64,000 bases of DNA from Lama glama. Taxonomy: Eukaryota. The notes beneath the pieces are model-generated. The model searched no databases and had not been told where the DNA came from. It worked only from the letters and a program-made list of their open reading frames with translations. The first letter of the stretch is position 1. Each line of letters begins with the position of its first letter. The translations under genes and the position numbers were made by a program. Shown one piece after another: positions 1 to 12,516 of the stretch. The DNA lies in assembly GCA_028534125.1 (NCBI GenBank), contig CM052816.1, positions 52,516,001 to 52,580,000 on the forward strand, read 5' to 3'.

Positions 1-193
1 CCAGTGCCCCGAGCATCTGGGAAGGACAGATACTTTGTCAGAACCTTTCGAAGGACAAAGTATGCAGTCTGGGGCTTGGGATGTAGTTTGGATGGGGAGG
101 GGCTAGCATGTAGGTGGCCTTTAGTGCTTCACTGATGTGGAGATGGAAAAGCAGGAAGCCCGCCTCCTGACTTTGTTGGTTTTGCCCTCCCAG

Positions 194-233
194 GTAGCTC
201 GGTGTTGCTTCTGCTTCGGCCCTGGTGGAGAGG
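194..233 (+). CDS. SERINC5: SERINC5 internal coding exon (40 bp), intracellular loop 4: VARCCFCFGPGGE
   Basis: Acceptor ctcccag at 187-193 and donor G|gtaagt at 234. Translation matches the SERINC5 xARCCFCFxPGGED segment and splices in phase to the exon at 902. Confidence 0.93.
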
Positions 234-901
234 GTAAGTAGGCAGCTTCCCTCCTGTGCCTCCATGCTGCCCTGTAGACGTGCAGCTCCGGTCTGCACTG
301 TAGGCATTTGGGATACAGACACAAGGAGCTTGAATGGTGAGGGGAAATTTTGACTCCAAAGCTTGTTTATTGTTTATATACTTTACACATTCTTCTCGGA
401 GGGTTGCTGGGTTTTGTTTGTTTGTACTGGTATTCTGGCAGGTGAGGGTCAGTCTGTATCTTGGCTCATGTTTATACAAATTAAGTTACACAGTGAGATA
501 CACAGGAGCAGGAAGTACATTTTTTAAAGGAATGAAAATTCGGAAAATTTCTTTTGTTCAGTTTACTTTTCTTCTTGGATTGGAGGTCCTGGGGCTTGAG
601 AACTCTTGGTCTGTTCTCTCACTTCCTTCTGAGCTTATAAGAAATATTATGTTTTTAAGGGCTCTCTCCTGTTTTAAAAAAAAGTGTGATGTTAGGTAAC
701 TCATCCTGTTGCAGAAGGTTCTGGGGTGAGTTGGGGGTTTGGGGCTTATGGCATAGATGACATTGCTTGAAGATACAAATGGTTGTGACATCTTTTCCAC
801 ACACCAGTGCCTGGGATTAAAACAAGCAATGGTGGCTTTGTGAAAACGGGAAGTGTGCATGTGTTCGTTCACTGAGCTTTTGCTCATCTTGTGGTTCACA
901 G

Positions 902-1046
902 ACACTGAAGGGCAGCAGAACGTCAAAGAGGGCTCGCGGGTCATTTATGATGAGAAGAAAAGCACCGTCTATAACTACGCCTACTTCCATTTTGTGTTCT
1001 TCTTGGCCTCCCTCTATGTGATGATGACCCTCACCGACTGGTTCAA
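902..1046 (+). CDS. SERINC5: SERINC5 penultimate coding exon (145 bp): (D)TEGQQNVKEGSRVIYDEKKSTVYNYAYFHFVFFLASLYVMMTLTDWF(N), includes TM9
   Basis: Acceptor ttcacag and donor AA|gtgagt. Carries the SERINC-family YxYxxFHFVFFLASLYVMMTxTxW signature. Confidence 0.97.
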
Positions 1047-1415
1047 GTGAGTGGTCCGTTGACTTACATGTTTTATAAGTTGTTTAAAAAAAAAAAAGTC
1101 CTATTCTTTACATCCTGGAGATCAAATCTCTTGGAGTCAACTTAATTCTTCTCCAAGTCCTGCTTTACTCATCTTCAGAGAAACATTCTGAGTTCTTGGC
1201 AGTCTGTTGGCATACTTTTAACATTGGAAACTGGTATGGTTACTGCAGCTTTAAGAAAATGGGAGGTTAACAGCATATGGGCAATCTTGAGAACGTTGTA
1301 ATAGTAATGGGGGAAGAACTTAAGCAATCATCTGCTTTTAAGAAAGAGAAAAATACCTCTTTTTCTACTTTGTCCTTTTTTTTTTTAACACTTTCACTAC
1401 AAAAGTTTGAAACAT

Positions 1416-1582
1416 CTTTTTATTTTATTTTTATATATGTATATATATATTTTTTGTGGGGGGAGGTAATTAGGCTTACTTATTTATTTTTAGAGGAGGT
1501 ACTGGGGATTGAACCCAGGACCTTGTGTATGCTAAGCATGCACTCTACCACTTGAGCTATACTGCACCCCCAACCCCGCCTC
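1416..1582 (-). mobile_element. tRNA-Ala-derived SINE (camelid vic-1 type)
   Basis: Minus strand reads TATAGCTCAAGTGGTAGAG...GGTTCAATCCCCAGTACCTCC plus an A-rich tail; TSD tgaaacat at 1408-1415 and 1583-1590. Confidence 0.85.
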
Positions 1583-2359
1583 TGAAACATTTAAAAAAAA
1601 AGAACTAATGTGGAAGTATGAAAAGTAATAGTGACTCCCCCCCGCCCCCAACACCACCCTGTCCGGTAACCACTGTTGACGATATGGTGTGTATCCTTTC
1701 ATTCCTTTTCTATGCATTTCTGTGGCTATACAATTTTTTAAAACATGAATGTGATTATACATATTTTCCTCCTTGAGGTTTTTTTGGTTTTTGGTTTTTG
1801 GTTTTTTTTTTTTAAACTTGGCAATAAGTGATGGGCCCGGCTTTCCCTGTTACTGCATGGAGATTCTTTTTGGATGTCCTTTGACTGATCCAAAGTTTCT
1901 ATTGGATCATAATTTGTTATAACATAGGATATACCTGAGATAGACATTTAGGCATTAGAATAACCTAGGATAGACATTTAGGCTCATTGTGCAACAGACT
2001 TGTGGGGGGTGACTCCTGCCACACTGCTGTAGATGGCCTGTATTCTACTGGGGGAGACAGACCATGATCCAAGTCAAATACAGTGTCAGATAGAGATGAC
2101 TTTTGGGGATGAAAATAACAAGGAGGAAGAGGAATGAGGAGTACTTGGTGGGGCTGGGAATGGTGGGGGCAGCAGTTTCAAATAGGGTTATGGGGAAGGC
2201 TGCTCCGAGGAGATTCTTCTCAAACATCCTGAGGGAGAAGAGGGGTGGGAGCTTCTAATGCTTCCCAGTGATGCTTTGAGAATTCCTGGAAAATTTTGCC
2301 TTGGGAAGCTTAAGAAAGGATGGAGGCAGCTATAAATCAATGCAGAAAATAACATGTTG

Positions 2360-2985
2360 TCAAGGATGTTGACATCCTTGGAACTCTCTCACAATCCTAG
2401 TAGGTAAAATGGTACAGCCACTTTGGAAAACGGTTTGGCAGTTCCTCAGAATGTTAAACATAGAGTTATTATACCATCCAGCAATTCCACTCCTAATTAT
2501 ATACCCAAGAGAAAAAATAAAAGACATATGTCCACGCAAGAACTTGTACACAGATGTTCATAGCAGCATCATTCTTAATAGCCAAAAAGTGGAAAGAACC
2601 AAATGTCCATCAACTGACAAATGGATAAACAAAAGTGTGGTATCCACACAATGAAATATTACTCAGCACCAAAGGAAATACTGTTACATGCAGCAGCATG
2701 GGTACTCCCTTAGAAACAATATGCTGAGTGAAAAAAAACAGTCACAAGTGGCCCCATGATTCCATGCATGGTGATGTGCTCAGAATAGGCAAAGCCGTGT
2801 GGACAGAAAGTGGGTAAGTGAATGTCAGGGGCTGGAAGGAGGGGGGAAATGGGAGGGCTGCTAAAAGGTGCAGGGTTTCTATATGGGGTGAAGAGAATGT
2901 TCTAAAATTGATTGTGGCTGTGGTTACACAACTCTCTGAACATAATAAAAGCCATTGAATTGTATACTTTAAATGGGTGTGATTA
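2360..2985 (+). mobile_element. Old L1 (L1M-type) 3' fragment
   Basis: Characteristic L1 3' text: aaaatggtacagccactttggaaaac, ccagcaattccactcct, aaatgtccatcaactgacaaatggataaacaaa. Confidence 0.85.
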
Positions 2986-3116
2986 GATCTGAATTGAGTT
3001 GCTAGGGAAAACAGAAAGGCTGGAGGGGGTGGAAGCAGGGAGAGATGCTCACTGCCTCCCCCCTTCCCACCCCGCCCTTCCTTCTCTGACCACAGCCTGG
3101 TCTCTTGTTTCCCCAG

Positions 3117-3264
3117 CTATGAAAGTGCCAACATTGAAACCTTATTCAGTGGGAGCTGGTCCATCTTCTGGGTCAAGATGGCTTCCTGCTGGATCTGTGT
3201 GCTGTTGTATCTGGGTACGCTGGTCGCGCCCCTCTGTCGTCCCTCTCCGCACTTCTCCGTGTGA
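3117..3264 (+). CDS. SERINC5: SERINC5 last coding exon: (N)[48 protein letters not shown], includes TM10
   Basis: Acceptor tttccccag at 3108-3116; phase matches the preceding AA|; SERINC C-terminal WVKxxSxW motif; TGA at 3262-3264. Confidence 0.97.
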
Positions 3265-6200
3265 GGAGCTGAGCAGTCCCCTTGGTCCTGCAGGCTGGAA
3301 GTGACGTCCTTTGAACAAATGTCCCAGGAGTCTGAGCAGTGACTGGTACTTTGTGAAAAGCTGGCAGCCCCTAGCTGGCTTGAGTGGGTCTAACAAAAAC
3401 TTTGAGGGGAAAAAAAGAATCATCTGATTAGCTTTTTCATTCTAAAATTCAAAAAGAAACTACCATTTTGTCCCAAAAGAATTGAAATTTTCACCCAAGC
3501 TGATGCTGAGTGATGATCTATTTTGTATGTGTCTTACCCCTAAAATCTGAGATAGTAGTTAGGCTACTGTTTTCCTTCTGCATGTTTTTTTTTTTTTTTA
3601 ACCAAAACAGAGTTTGGGGCACAACATCTTATCACAGGGATAAAAGCTTACCTTGTGTGGCCTGTTATTCCCATCCTTGAAACAGAAAAAAAAATATGCC
3701 AAAATCTTGAGCCCTTAGCCCCCGCCGGAGTGCAGACTCCTCTCCACACCTCGGCCTGCAGGACCCCTGCTCGCTATTCCCTGGTCTTTATCAGGTACAA
3801 GAAGGAAGCCCCTGCTTTTAACTCCACCCTTGTGCTGTTTCCCTTTGAAGTTGTGATGCTGGGAATCACAGACTTCGCTCTGCCCTTGTCCTCGCCAGAG
3901 GTCCCCTCATCCCTTCTGGGTTCAGCATTTTTTGTTATAATGTGAAAAAGCACAATTTGCCACCCCCACCAGATTCTCACTACCTGATCCGAGTTACTGC
4001 AATACTATGACTTGTACTCGTGGTGTTATTCACGTAACTATAGAAAAATATCGTGTTGTTTTCTTCACCTAAACGGTGGAGGGCTGTGATTCTTACTTGT
4101 CTGTGTCAGTAACAGTACCCTAGGACCTCACCTGGGAAGCTGCTTCTTGACTGAAGCCCACTGCACCCCTCTTCCGGTGACAAAAGTCAGCCAGTGTCTC
4201 TTCCACTTGAGGCCTTTGAAACTGTAAAAGCAAAAGGACTTTTTTCCCCCCAGATCTGTAATGTGACTATGCCATTTATGTCTGTTACGATTTTGGGGGG
4301 TAGATTTGCTAAGGTAAGAATCACACACAACACCTCAAACAGAGCTGACCAGGTAAGGCCTCCTATTATACGGGGTGTAGAAGTGACCAAATATACTTAG
4401 AAGAAATGCTGGGGTGGGGGGCAGTATTAAGCCATAAGCAAAAGCCACAGAAATTTCCACAGTACATACATCTAAGGTGATACTGAATAGAAATTTGACT
4501 CTAGGCAGTGGCCCAAGAAGACGTCCATTTTCAGTGTTGATGCACTCAGCCAGGGAAGAATTTACTCAGCAGAAAGTCCATTAGAGACTCCACTGGAGAG
4601 GCGGTGGGGATCCTCCTCTTAGTATTTCATGCAGAATGGAAAGAATCCTCTCAGCACCTTGGCAGACGGGGGCTGAGAATGAGAAGACTTGACGTTCTTT
4701 TTGTGCCCCATGGTATGCGTTGGGCAGAATTGGGTCCCGCCTTGGCTGGGCTCCTGTGTGGCAAAATGCTGGCCTGGGATGTGAGTCCAGTTCTTTATTT
4801 CCACTCACTCCTTTGCCCTCCTCCCAGGAAAACCAGGGTTGGGAGTGTGGGAGACATACAACAGATGAACTCCTCCAGGAACTTGCCTTCTTCACAGTCC
4901 TGGAGGTTCAGTTTTTAAAGCCACTCACGTGTGTGTGTGAGAGAGAGAGCCTTGATTTGTAAACTTGATGAAATTTGTTCAGACCAGGCGTTCTTTGAGC
5001 CCGGTGGTCCAAAAGTCTTCTGGAGGCGCCCAGTGAGTGGCCGCCACGTGCAGCCCATGGTTAAGCCAGCGGGAGTGGGAGCTGTGTGGGTCGGACAGGT
5101 GGAGGGAGTGGTGTGTGTCACAGCTGCAGCAGTGACACGGGCTCCGGGTGAGCCAGGATCAGCTTTAGCAAAGACCGAGAGGAGAGGCAGATCAACAGCC
5201 AGCGTGCTCCCAGTAACTGGTTTCTTTATGTTTCCTTCCTGCTTGGGTCTAGTGGGGTCTGGTGGTCAGCTGTGTGACTGCAGAACTGGCCCCTGTGGCA
5301 GTTCAAGGTCAAGCTGACCAGGCCCTGAGTTCCTTGGCTGTCCTGGAGAAGGAAGCTCAGGGAGACACAAAGGAAGGGACATTGTCAGTAGCCCGGCCCT
5401 CGGAGCTTCCTTCTTTAGCCCCCTTCCCCCGAGCAACCAACCCACATTTTCCAGGTGCTTAAGACTTGGTTTGTGGCTGAATAATGTTTCTTTCTGAAGG
5501 TTGGTCTGACATAAGAGGAAGAGTTACAGTCACTGATTTTTATTCTCCACTAAAAATTTAAGCAAGTTTATCTGAATGATTGAGAGAGACGTGGATGTAC
5601 TCTGAGGACTGAGGGCATATAAAGTTAACTTTAATGATTCTTAATTGTGATAAACAGTGCTCAGGTGATAAGTCAACATTCATGGGTTTAAAGAACCTAC
5701 ATTTTTGTGCTATTGTATTTTAAGAAACTGGAAAAATTATGCCAGTCTCTCTGAGTTGCTGTAAGAATGATGTTCATTTGATAAACTCACTGATAATCTT
5801 TTTAAAATGATAGACTTTTGCTTCCTAGAACTTTTTGTACGTGATTTTAAAAGTGCATTCCCAGAAGCTGCTGGTCAGACTCCTTCAAGCGATGAGAGCC
5901 GAAGATTTTTTAAAACTGTGTGTGATTTCTCTGTGTTGTTCTCCATGTGGGAATTCCCCCCTCCTGATTTTGTGAGTAAGAACACCTGAGTGGGGCAGGG
6001 ACTCTTCTGGGAGTGTGGCTTTGTGTATCTAGATATGTCACCTGACTGACGACCAAACGATTTTGGAAACCCTACTTTGTCCTTCCTGGTTTGAATTTTT
6101 TAATACTGGTTAGTTGGTTTTGCCTTTGTCCTCACAGTTTCCTGGGAAATAGCTTGAAAGAATTGTTCACCAGAGATGTTTGGAGCCCCTTGTAGAGTTG

Positions 6201-7635
6201 ATGGGCTGTGTGCCTGTGGGGTTACTGGGGACTTGGGGTTCTGGTGTTCATCAGGAGTGGCCTGCAGGGGGTTCCCGTGCCCTGTTGTTCATTTCCAAGT
6301 GCTCAAAGGCACCTTCATTATGGATGACCTACATGCAGTGCTAATTCCCCACCCCCCAACTGTCACCTTCTGCCTTTTTAAAAATACGTGCTTATTTAAT
6401 TTTGGCCAGAAGTTTACTTACCATTGGTGCTTCCTGCTCCCCTGCAGGGGGAGTTCTAGGGCCTGTGTGCATTTAAGCTGCCCAGGCCTTTTTCTCCCTT
6501 GACTGCCTTTCTAAAGAGCATGTCATTTTGATATATACTCATGTCCCCAACCCCTCTTGTCAATGAAAGAGAGTTTGAGCTATAACTAAGAAGTGTGTGA
6601 CCTTGGACCGAGGCCCCGCATGTCCAGACAGAAGGCTGGACCCTCCTTAACTAAGAACGGTGCCGTAGCCCCTGGGTTCATGGAATTCTGTGTGGTATTC
6701 TCCTTAATTTGCTAAATCCCTATGGCGTTGTTCTTAGCCATGTTTCCTGCCGTCTTTAATACATTTGTAGAGCCTCAGACATTTTAATCTAGTGCTGCAT
6801 TTCAGGCAGAGATGGACTCTAATGTTGGACCCATTTCACAGGAGTGAAGAGACGTTTACACTAATCTTTTGAACTAATGCTAGCCAGTCTAAAGTTCTAA
6901 AGATCTTTCTCTCTTTCTTTCTTCCTCAGTAAATCATTAGCAGATGCATTCATTTTGAAAGGGGGAAGTATTTGGCTTTTACCAAAGAGGTTTTTTGTTT
7001 TTTTTTTAAGGCAAAATCCTTTCAACAAAAACTTAATTGGGGAAGGGTAAATTAAGAATGCCTATGTCCAAATCCACTTCTATAGGTGATTAATCGTATT
7101 TATGTGAGTAAAATGTTGAAAGAATCCTTTGTGGTGAAGGATCCTGGGAAATTCAGGTAAAGAAAGCTTGCAGTAGATGGGTAATATATGTCTTGAGAGC
7201 TATTTATAAGAAATTTAAGGATTGTTTTGTTTTCCTTTATTAAAGAGTTAAGTTTTTTGTGTTTTTTTTTTCCTTGGCAAAAAAAACTACAAAAGTTTTA
7301 TAGTCATAACTTGGTTAATTTTTAAAATTTTTCTAAAACAGTTAACTAGCCAAGTTACATGGTTGTTTTGCAGTATTAGAATTTGAAAATGTAATATGTA
7401 TGGTAAATCTACTGTCTGAAATTTATAATGGTCTCAGATATGGTTGGAGTTTTTGTAACTTTTAAAATAGTTATTTTTTTCCTTTTAGTCACAAAGGCAA
7501 CTATGGATTTATATTTGTTTTTTTGAATGCTAATTTTTCTATGAAGGGTCTGAAGTTGACCAGTCTTTTCCTATGTAGAAAACTCAAAACTTGTTAACGC
7601 TGTACTTTAATAAAATTGAAAACTGAAAATCATGT
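3265..7635 (+). other. SERINC5: SERINC5 3'UTR (about 4.35 kb; end approximate)
   Basis: Repeat-poor sequence after the stop that becomes T/A-rich and ends at AATAAA 7609, followed by a GT/T-rich element. Interspersed repeats resume after about 7900. Confidence 0.7.
7609..7614 (+). terminator. Polyadenylation signal of SERINC5 (a second AATAAA lies at 7661-7666)
   Basis: AATAAA preceded by TGTA and followed about 20 nt later by tgttggtgttttttt. Confidence 0.75.
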
Positions 7636-9586
7636 TGGTGTTTTTTTCTCCCTTCCGTTGAATAAAGTTCTCCAGGTAATGTTTTCTAAAGATGTTGCCT
7701 TCAAATGTTAATCAGGTCTCTCTCAAGCTTCGTAGAGTCTGTTCTGAGTCTAGAGAATGAAGATACAAACAGGAAAACCTAAGCTTTTTGCCTTCTTTGC
7801 TGAACGCCCCTGCAGCCTGCTTCCTTTTTCTTATTCTTATGATAATGACACAGTGTCTTAAATATGAAAATTAGAGCAGGTCTTTAAAGAAGGTAGTGTA
7901 AGTTCTCCAGCATGGTTCTTATTTTTCAAGATTTGGCTATCCTGGGTCTTGTGCGTTTCCCTTTGAAGTTTAGAATTAACTTGCCACTTCCCTCGATTTG
8001 GATGGTATGGAGTCCATTAGATCAGTTTAGGAAGAACTGACATCATAATGACATTGTCATCTGACCTATGATTGTCTCTTTCATTTATATAGGTCTTTCA
8101 AATGTCTTTAGTAGTATTGAATAGTACTTTTGTTTTTAATAAAATATCTTTGTGTGGGATTTAATCTTGATACTTCTGATTCTCATTTGTATGTGAGATT
8201 AGTATCCTGAATTTTTTGTGTCACATAATACAAAATTTACCATTGTAGCTGTTTTTAAGTGTACAGTCAGCTGTGTTGAGTACATCTACGCTGTTGTGCA
8301 GCCAGTCTCCAGAATTGTTTTCATCTTGGAAAGGTGTCACTCTCTACCTTGAACAGCAGCTCCCCCACCAGACCCTGGCAACCACCATTCTACTTTCCAT
8401 CTCTATGAATTTGTCATTTGTGCCATTTCCCCTCCCTCTGCTCTTTCCCACATAAATGCTGATACCCTTCCGGTCTTCTGACTTTTGTGCTTTGACATTC
8501 ACCACTCCTGTTGTAAATGTTGCCCGTGGCTATGCTGTCTTATTGCTCTGTTTTTGTGTGGAAATTCAGGAAGATCCAAAAACTATGCTTTGACCATTGC
8601 TATCATTTCTTCTATTCAGTCTAAAATTGAATGCTCTGCAATAAAGCTTTCCACACACACCTTTCCTGGGAACCTGCTTTTCAAAGTTGTTGGTAACCTT
8701 CATGTTGTTGAATCCATTGTCCTCATCTTACTTGACCTACCAGCACTTTACACTCTTAACTGTCAACTAAATTACAAACCTTGTTTAGCTTTCATTGGTT
8801 TTTATGTACACTCATCCCTACCTTTTGAAAGGGATTATGTACTGTAATTATCCTGTCCCTGTTAACATTGCCCTTAAGATCATGGGAGGCAAATAACTTG
8901 TCTTAATGATTCTCGAGTCTGTGCGCAGGATGACCTCCAAGGAACCACCCCCGGAAGAATCATTGCTACAGGACCTGACTTAGTTCTTAGCTCCACCTTC
9001 TGGGTCATCCTTTGTTTTCCTTGAGAAAAGGCCTGATTTGCAGCTGAATAGTTTACTCAGCCTGCGGCCTGCCTGGAAGTGGTCCGGAGGCCAGTGGCTT
9101 CGGTTTGAGCTGTCTCTGTTCCAGTCCCTTTTAGTACAAGCTGGTAGTGCTTTTTTGTTAGTTCAATTCTCTTAAAAACATTGTGTGACTGTTACTGGGA
9201 TTCACTGCATTAGATAAAAACCGTCCCCACCAATCCTTTCCAGAAACATCGCAGTCTTCTTTGGGCTACAGGTCAGAGTGCTATGTGACAGTACCCTGAT
9301 TCTTGCAGAAGCCCTTTTATCCCACTGAGATTAGGACACACTTAGGCATAGAAACCTGTTGTCTAGGTCAGAGGATTTAAGTACTTCCTTAAATATTTCT
9401 GAGATCTTAACAAGGGGCTTTATCTTAACCCTGAGGCCACATTTTACTTGCATCTTAGAAATGGTAAGTAGCTAATAAAATAGTGTTGATAAGTATTTCA
9501 TTGAATTTATTTTGATGCGTTGTTAAATGAGAAGTAATTTAGAAAACCACATAAACAGTGTGATCCAAATCCTGTGTGCGTGAACT

Positions 9587-10336
9587 CTTAAAAAATTGTT
9601 CTGAGACTTGTTGAAAAAGATTTTATTCAAGACAATTCAGTAGAGGTTTTGCAATAGAGCAGAGAGATCAGTTTCGACTCCATGTAAGGACAAGTGGGGA
9701 CTGATAGCCGACGAGCATAGCGAGGGGGTCCCGTGGGTGGAAAATGACTAGAGGAGACATTGAGGGAAGAGCGGTTCTTGCTAAAGGTGGGCCGAGTATA
9801 AGCAGATAGGGTAGGAGGTCCTCGGAGGAAGAGAACCAGACAGAACTTTCTTAACACGAGAGAAGCCATTTTTGCCCGAGCCATTCTGTGATCTAAGCAC
9901 AGCAGAATAGGTCTCAGGAGTTAATGATATTAAGGGAACAAAAGAAGATGAAAACAGTTATTAATGGGACAAGGAGATACCCCTGTCAGAGATAATATAT
10001 CAGTTGTAAAGACTCCCAGTTCTGTTTCAAAGGTAAAGATTAGCCTGAAGCACAATCTTGAGTTGTTTTGCAGAATTCAGAGCCAGCCTGCTCCTAATTT
10101 GGCTTGGTTGTGTCTTTTGGCTTGACACCCACCAAGAGATGAACTCAGTGTTGGGTAACATGATGCCTTATATGTCGAAGGTAGGAGGTGAAGAACTTGG
10201 ATCAGATATCAAGGGTGGGGACAGTTTTGCTAAGACTGGGTTGTGCAGCCCTGGCGGGGACAGGATGGATGTGGAAGGCTAAGGTTGAGACCTAGTCAAG
10301 AAGAGCGCTCAGGAGGAGCCTGACAAATGTTTGGTC
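9587..10336 (-). mobile_element. MER31/MER67-like ERV1 LTR, fragmented
   Basis: Resembles the recalled MER31 ends (gaggagcctgacaaatgtttggtca; attttattcaagac...ttgcaatag). Confidence 0.55.
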
Positions 10337-10339
10337 ATG

Positions 10340-10853
10340 GCTGCTGAACCCCGATTGCTGAACTGAGAGTAGGAGGCAGTTTAGGGGAGAATTAGAGAAA
10401 AAAAAAAAAACAACTTTATTGCTTTGCCAGGCAAAGGGAGTCACAGCAGGCTAATGCCTTAAAGACTGAGAGCCTCCCTTGGGGTAAGGGTCCTGGGGTT
10501 TTATAGGAAAATGGGAACAGAAGAGTGATGACAGTCAGGGTGTGAGCAGGGGCTACTTTCCTTCCATCTTGATAAGAACTTGCTGCTGTTATGGGGGAAT
10601 TTAGGAGAGTCTGCCCATTTTCTTGAGCTTCAGTCCATGACCTTTGAAGACCTCTAGGGTAAAAGGGTAAGTTATTCTAAGAAAAGTATGCACAGGGAGG
10701 GGAGCGTGTTAGTCATAAGGTCAGCTTAGCTAGAAGTACAGGCCTGAACAACTCAGAAGCCATCTTGTTAGTTCTCTGCTCTTTCAGTCAAGAAGAGAGG
10801 CTTGGTCAGGACACGCAAGCATGCTTGCACACTCAGAGAAAATGCACCCAACA
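10340..10853 (-). mobile_element. ERV1-class solo LTR (boundaries approximate)
   Basis: Motif ctttattgctttgccaggcaaaggg...ctaatgcc; minus-strand TATAAAA near 10499-10505 and AATAAA at 10415-10420. Confidence 0.65.
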
Positions 10854-12516
10854 TGTTCACCAACTGTTCTATCTTCGCAGCCACACCCCCTGCTTTTCCC
10901 TCTCCATATTTTGGGAACTGTTCTCATGCTTGTGGCAGGAACAGCCATTTTCTTTCCATGCACTTGTCATAGCTACAGTTAATTGACCCAGGAGTGGACT
11001 TTCCATCTAAGCTGGGCAATCAGCCTCTCTGGAAATTTGGACTGGGAACTAAAAGTTCAGCTTTAGACTGGGTGCTGTCCTCAACCGAGGAGTTGGGAAG
11101 CTTAAAAGATGTTGTTGGTGACATTGAGATATTATGGACACAGGGAGAAGCCAATTTGCAGGAAGATCTAGGATTAAAGTGGATGTGCAGAGGAGCAGTT
11201 GTGAACAAGGGGGGGTCAGAGAGAGAAAGTATGGACTCCTGGGTTTCTTAGGGTGTCCCTAATGTTCCCCACTTCCATTCCATTCTGGATCTCCAGCTGT
11301 AAATAACAATGATGGCTGATGTTCACTGAGCACTTGATATATTGGCACATCACCTGGCACAATTCTCACAATGATCCTGAGGAGGTGACTGTTTCAATCC
11401 TCATTTTACACATGGGGGGAAAGGTGAATTTGTCTTAAAATCCTTACTAAATGCAGTTGTTTTTACAGAGGTTGCCAAATCTCACCTCTCCCCACCCCTC
11501 TTTCCCATCTCCTTTTCCTTACCACCCCCCACCCCCAAGATTTTCCCCTCTAGGTCAATTCTTCCTTTTCATATTTAGAGCTTTCTCTTAGTTTCTCTTG
11601 TTGGTATAAGAATTGTATCAGTAAGGAATTGCATTTGAGTAACAGAGACTGAACCTCAGTGGCTTAAACACCTGGGATTTTGGTTTAGCCTCTCAAGATG
11701 TCAGGTCAAATGTTACTGTGAATTCAGAAATTCTTTTGTGGACTCTAGGGGCTGCTTTGCAGGTTCGTCTTATCTGTATTCCAGGCAGAAGACTAAAGGG
11801 CACCGGGCTTCCTGAAGAGGAGCACGTTGTGTTTTAGGGCAGGAAACATGAAGGTCTGGGATATCTTGTTATTGCTAGAAAACAAGAATGCTTTCAAAGA
11901 CCCTCTGATGACAAGCTAAGTTATATCTAGCAAGGAATATTATCTAGAAATAAGTTTTGTTATAGTATGTTGTGTATGTTTTTCTGCCTTTTAATGTGAG
12001 AAGTTTAGTGAAGAGATTGATGAATTGGACTTACAGTATTAATAAAATTCACAAGAAGATACAGATAGTTAAGTTTGAAGCCAATGTTTAAATGTTTAAT
12101 TATAATATATTAGGTTTATAAGGTTAATCTTTTTAGATTTAGTGAGTTTTAAAAGTTGAGAAAGCTTCATCTGTACTAATGTGAGTCATCTTTGTTGGGT
12201 TTTTGAAGGGCTTGAGAAAATGAAATGTATCAAAATTAGATTGTACTTTGAAATTTCTAAAACTTAATTTTTTTAATGTGATAAATATTTGGGTATAGTT
12301 ATTAAATTTACAAGTCAATGAGACATTAATCAAAAACAAAATGGGCTAATATTAACACAAAATTAATTTATAAAAATGATATGAAGTTAAAAGCTTAAAC
12401 ATTGTTTTAAATATATATAATTTAAATATATAAAATGTAAGTTGAAACTCAGCTAATTTATTTCAGTGCATAAAAACAGTCTTCAGACATAAGGAAAACT
12501 CAGTTGACACTTTGGG

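Noticed and set aside
1495..1571. tRNA-Ala-like sequence (also at about 30290, 58812 and 59648) as real tRNA genes
   Set aside because: They have A-rich tails, TSDs in two copies, and broken acceptor or anticodon stems, so they are SINE copies.
1933..1983. 30-bp-period duplication of gatagacatttaggc
   Set aside because: A small intronic slippage duplication with no evident motif or consequence.
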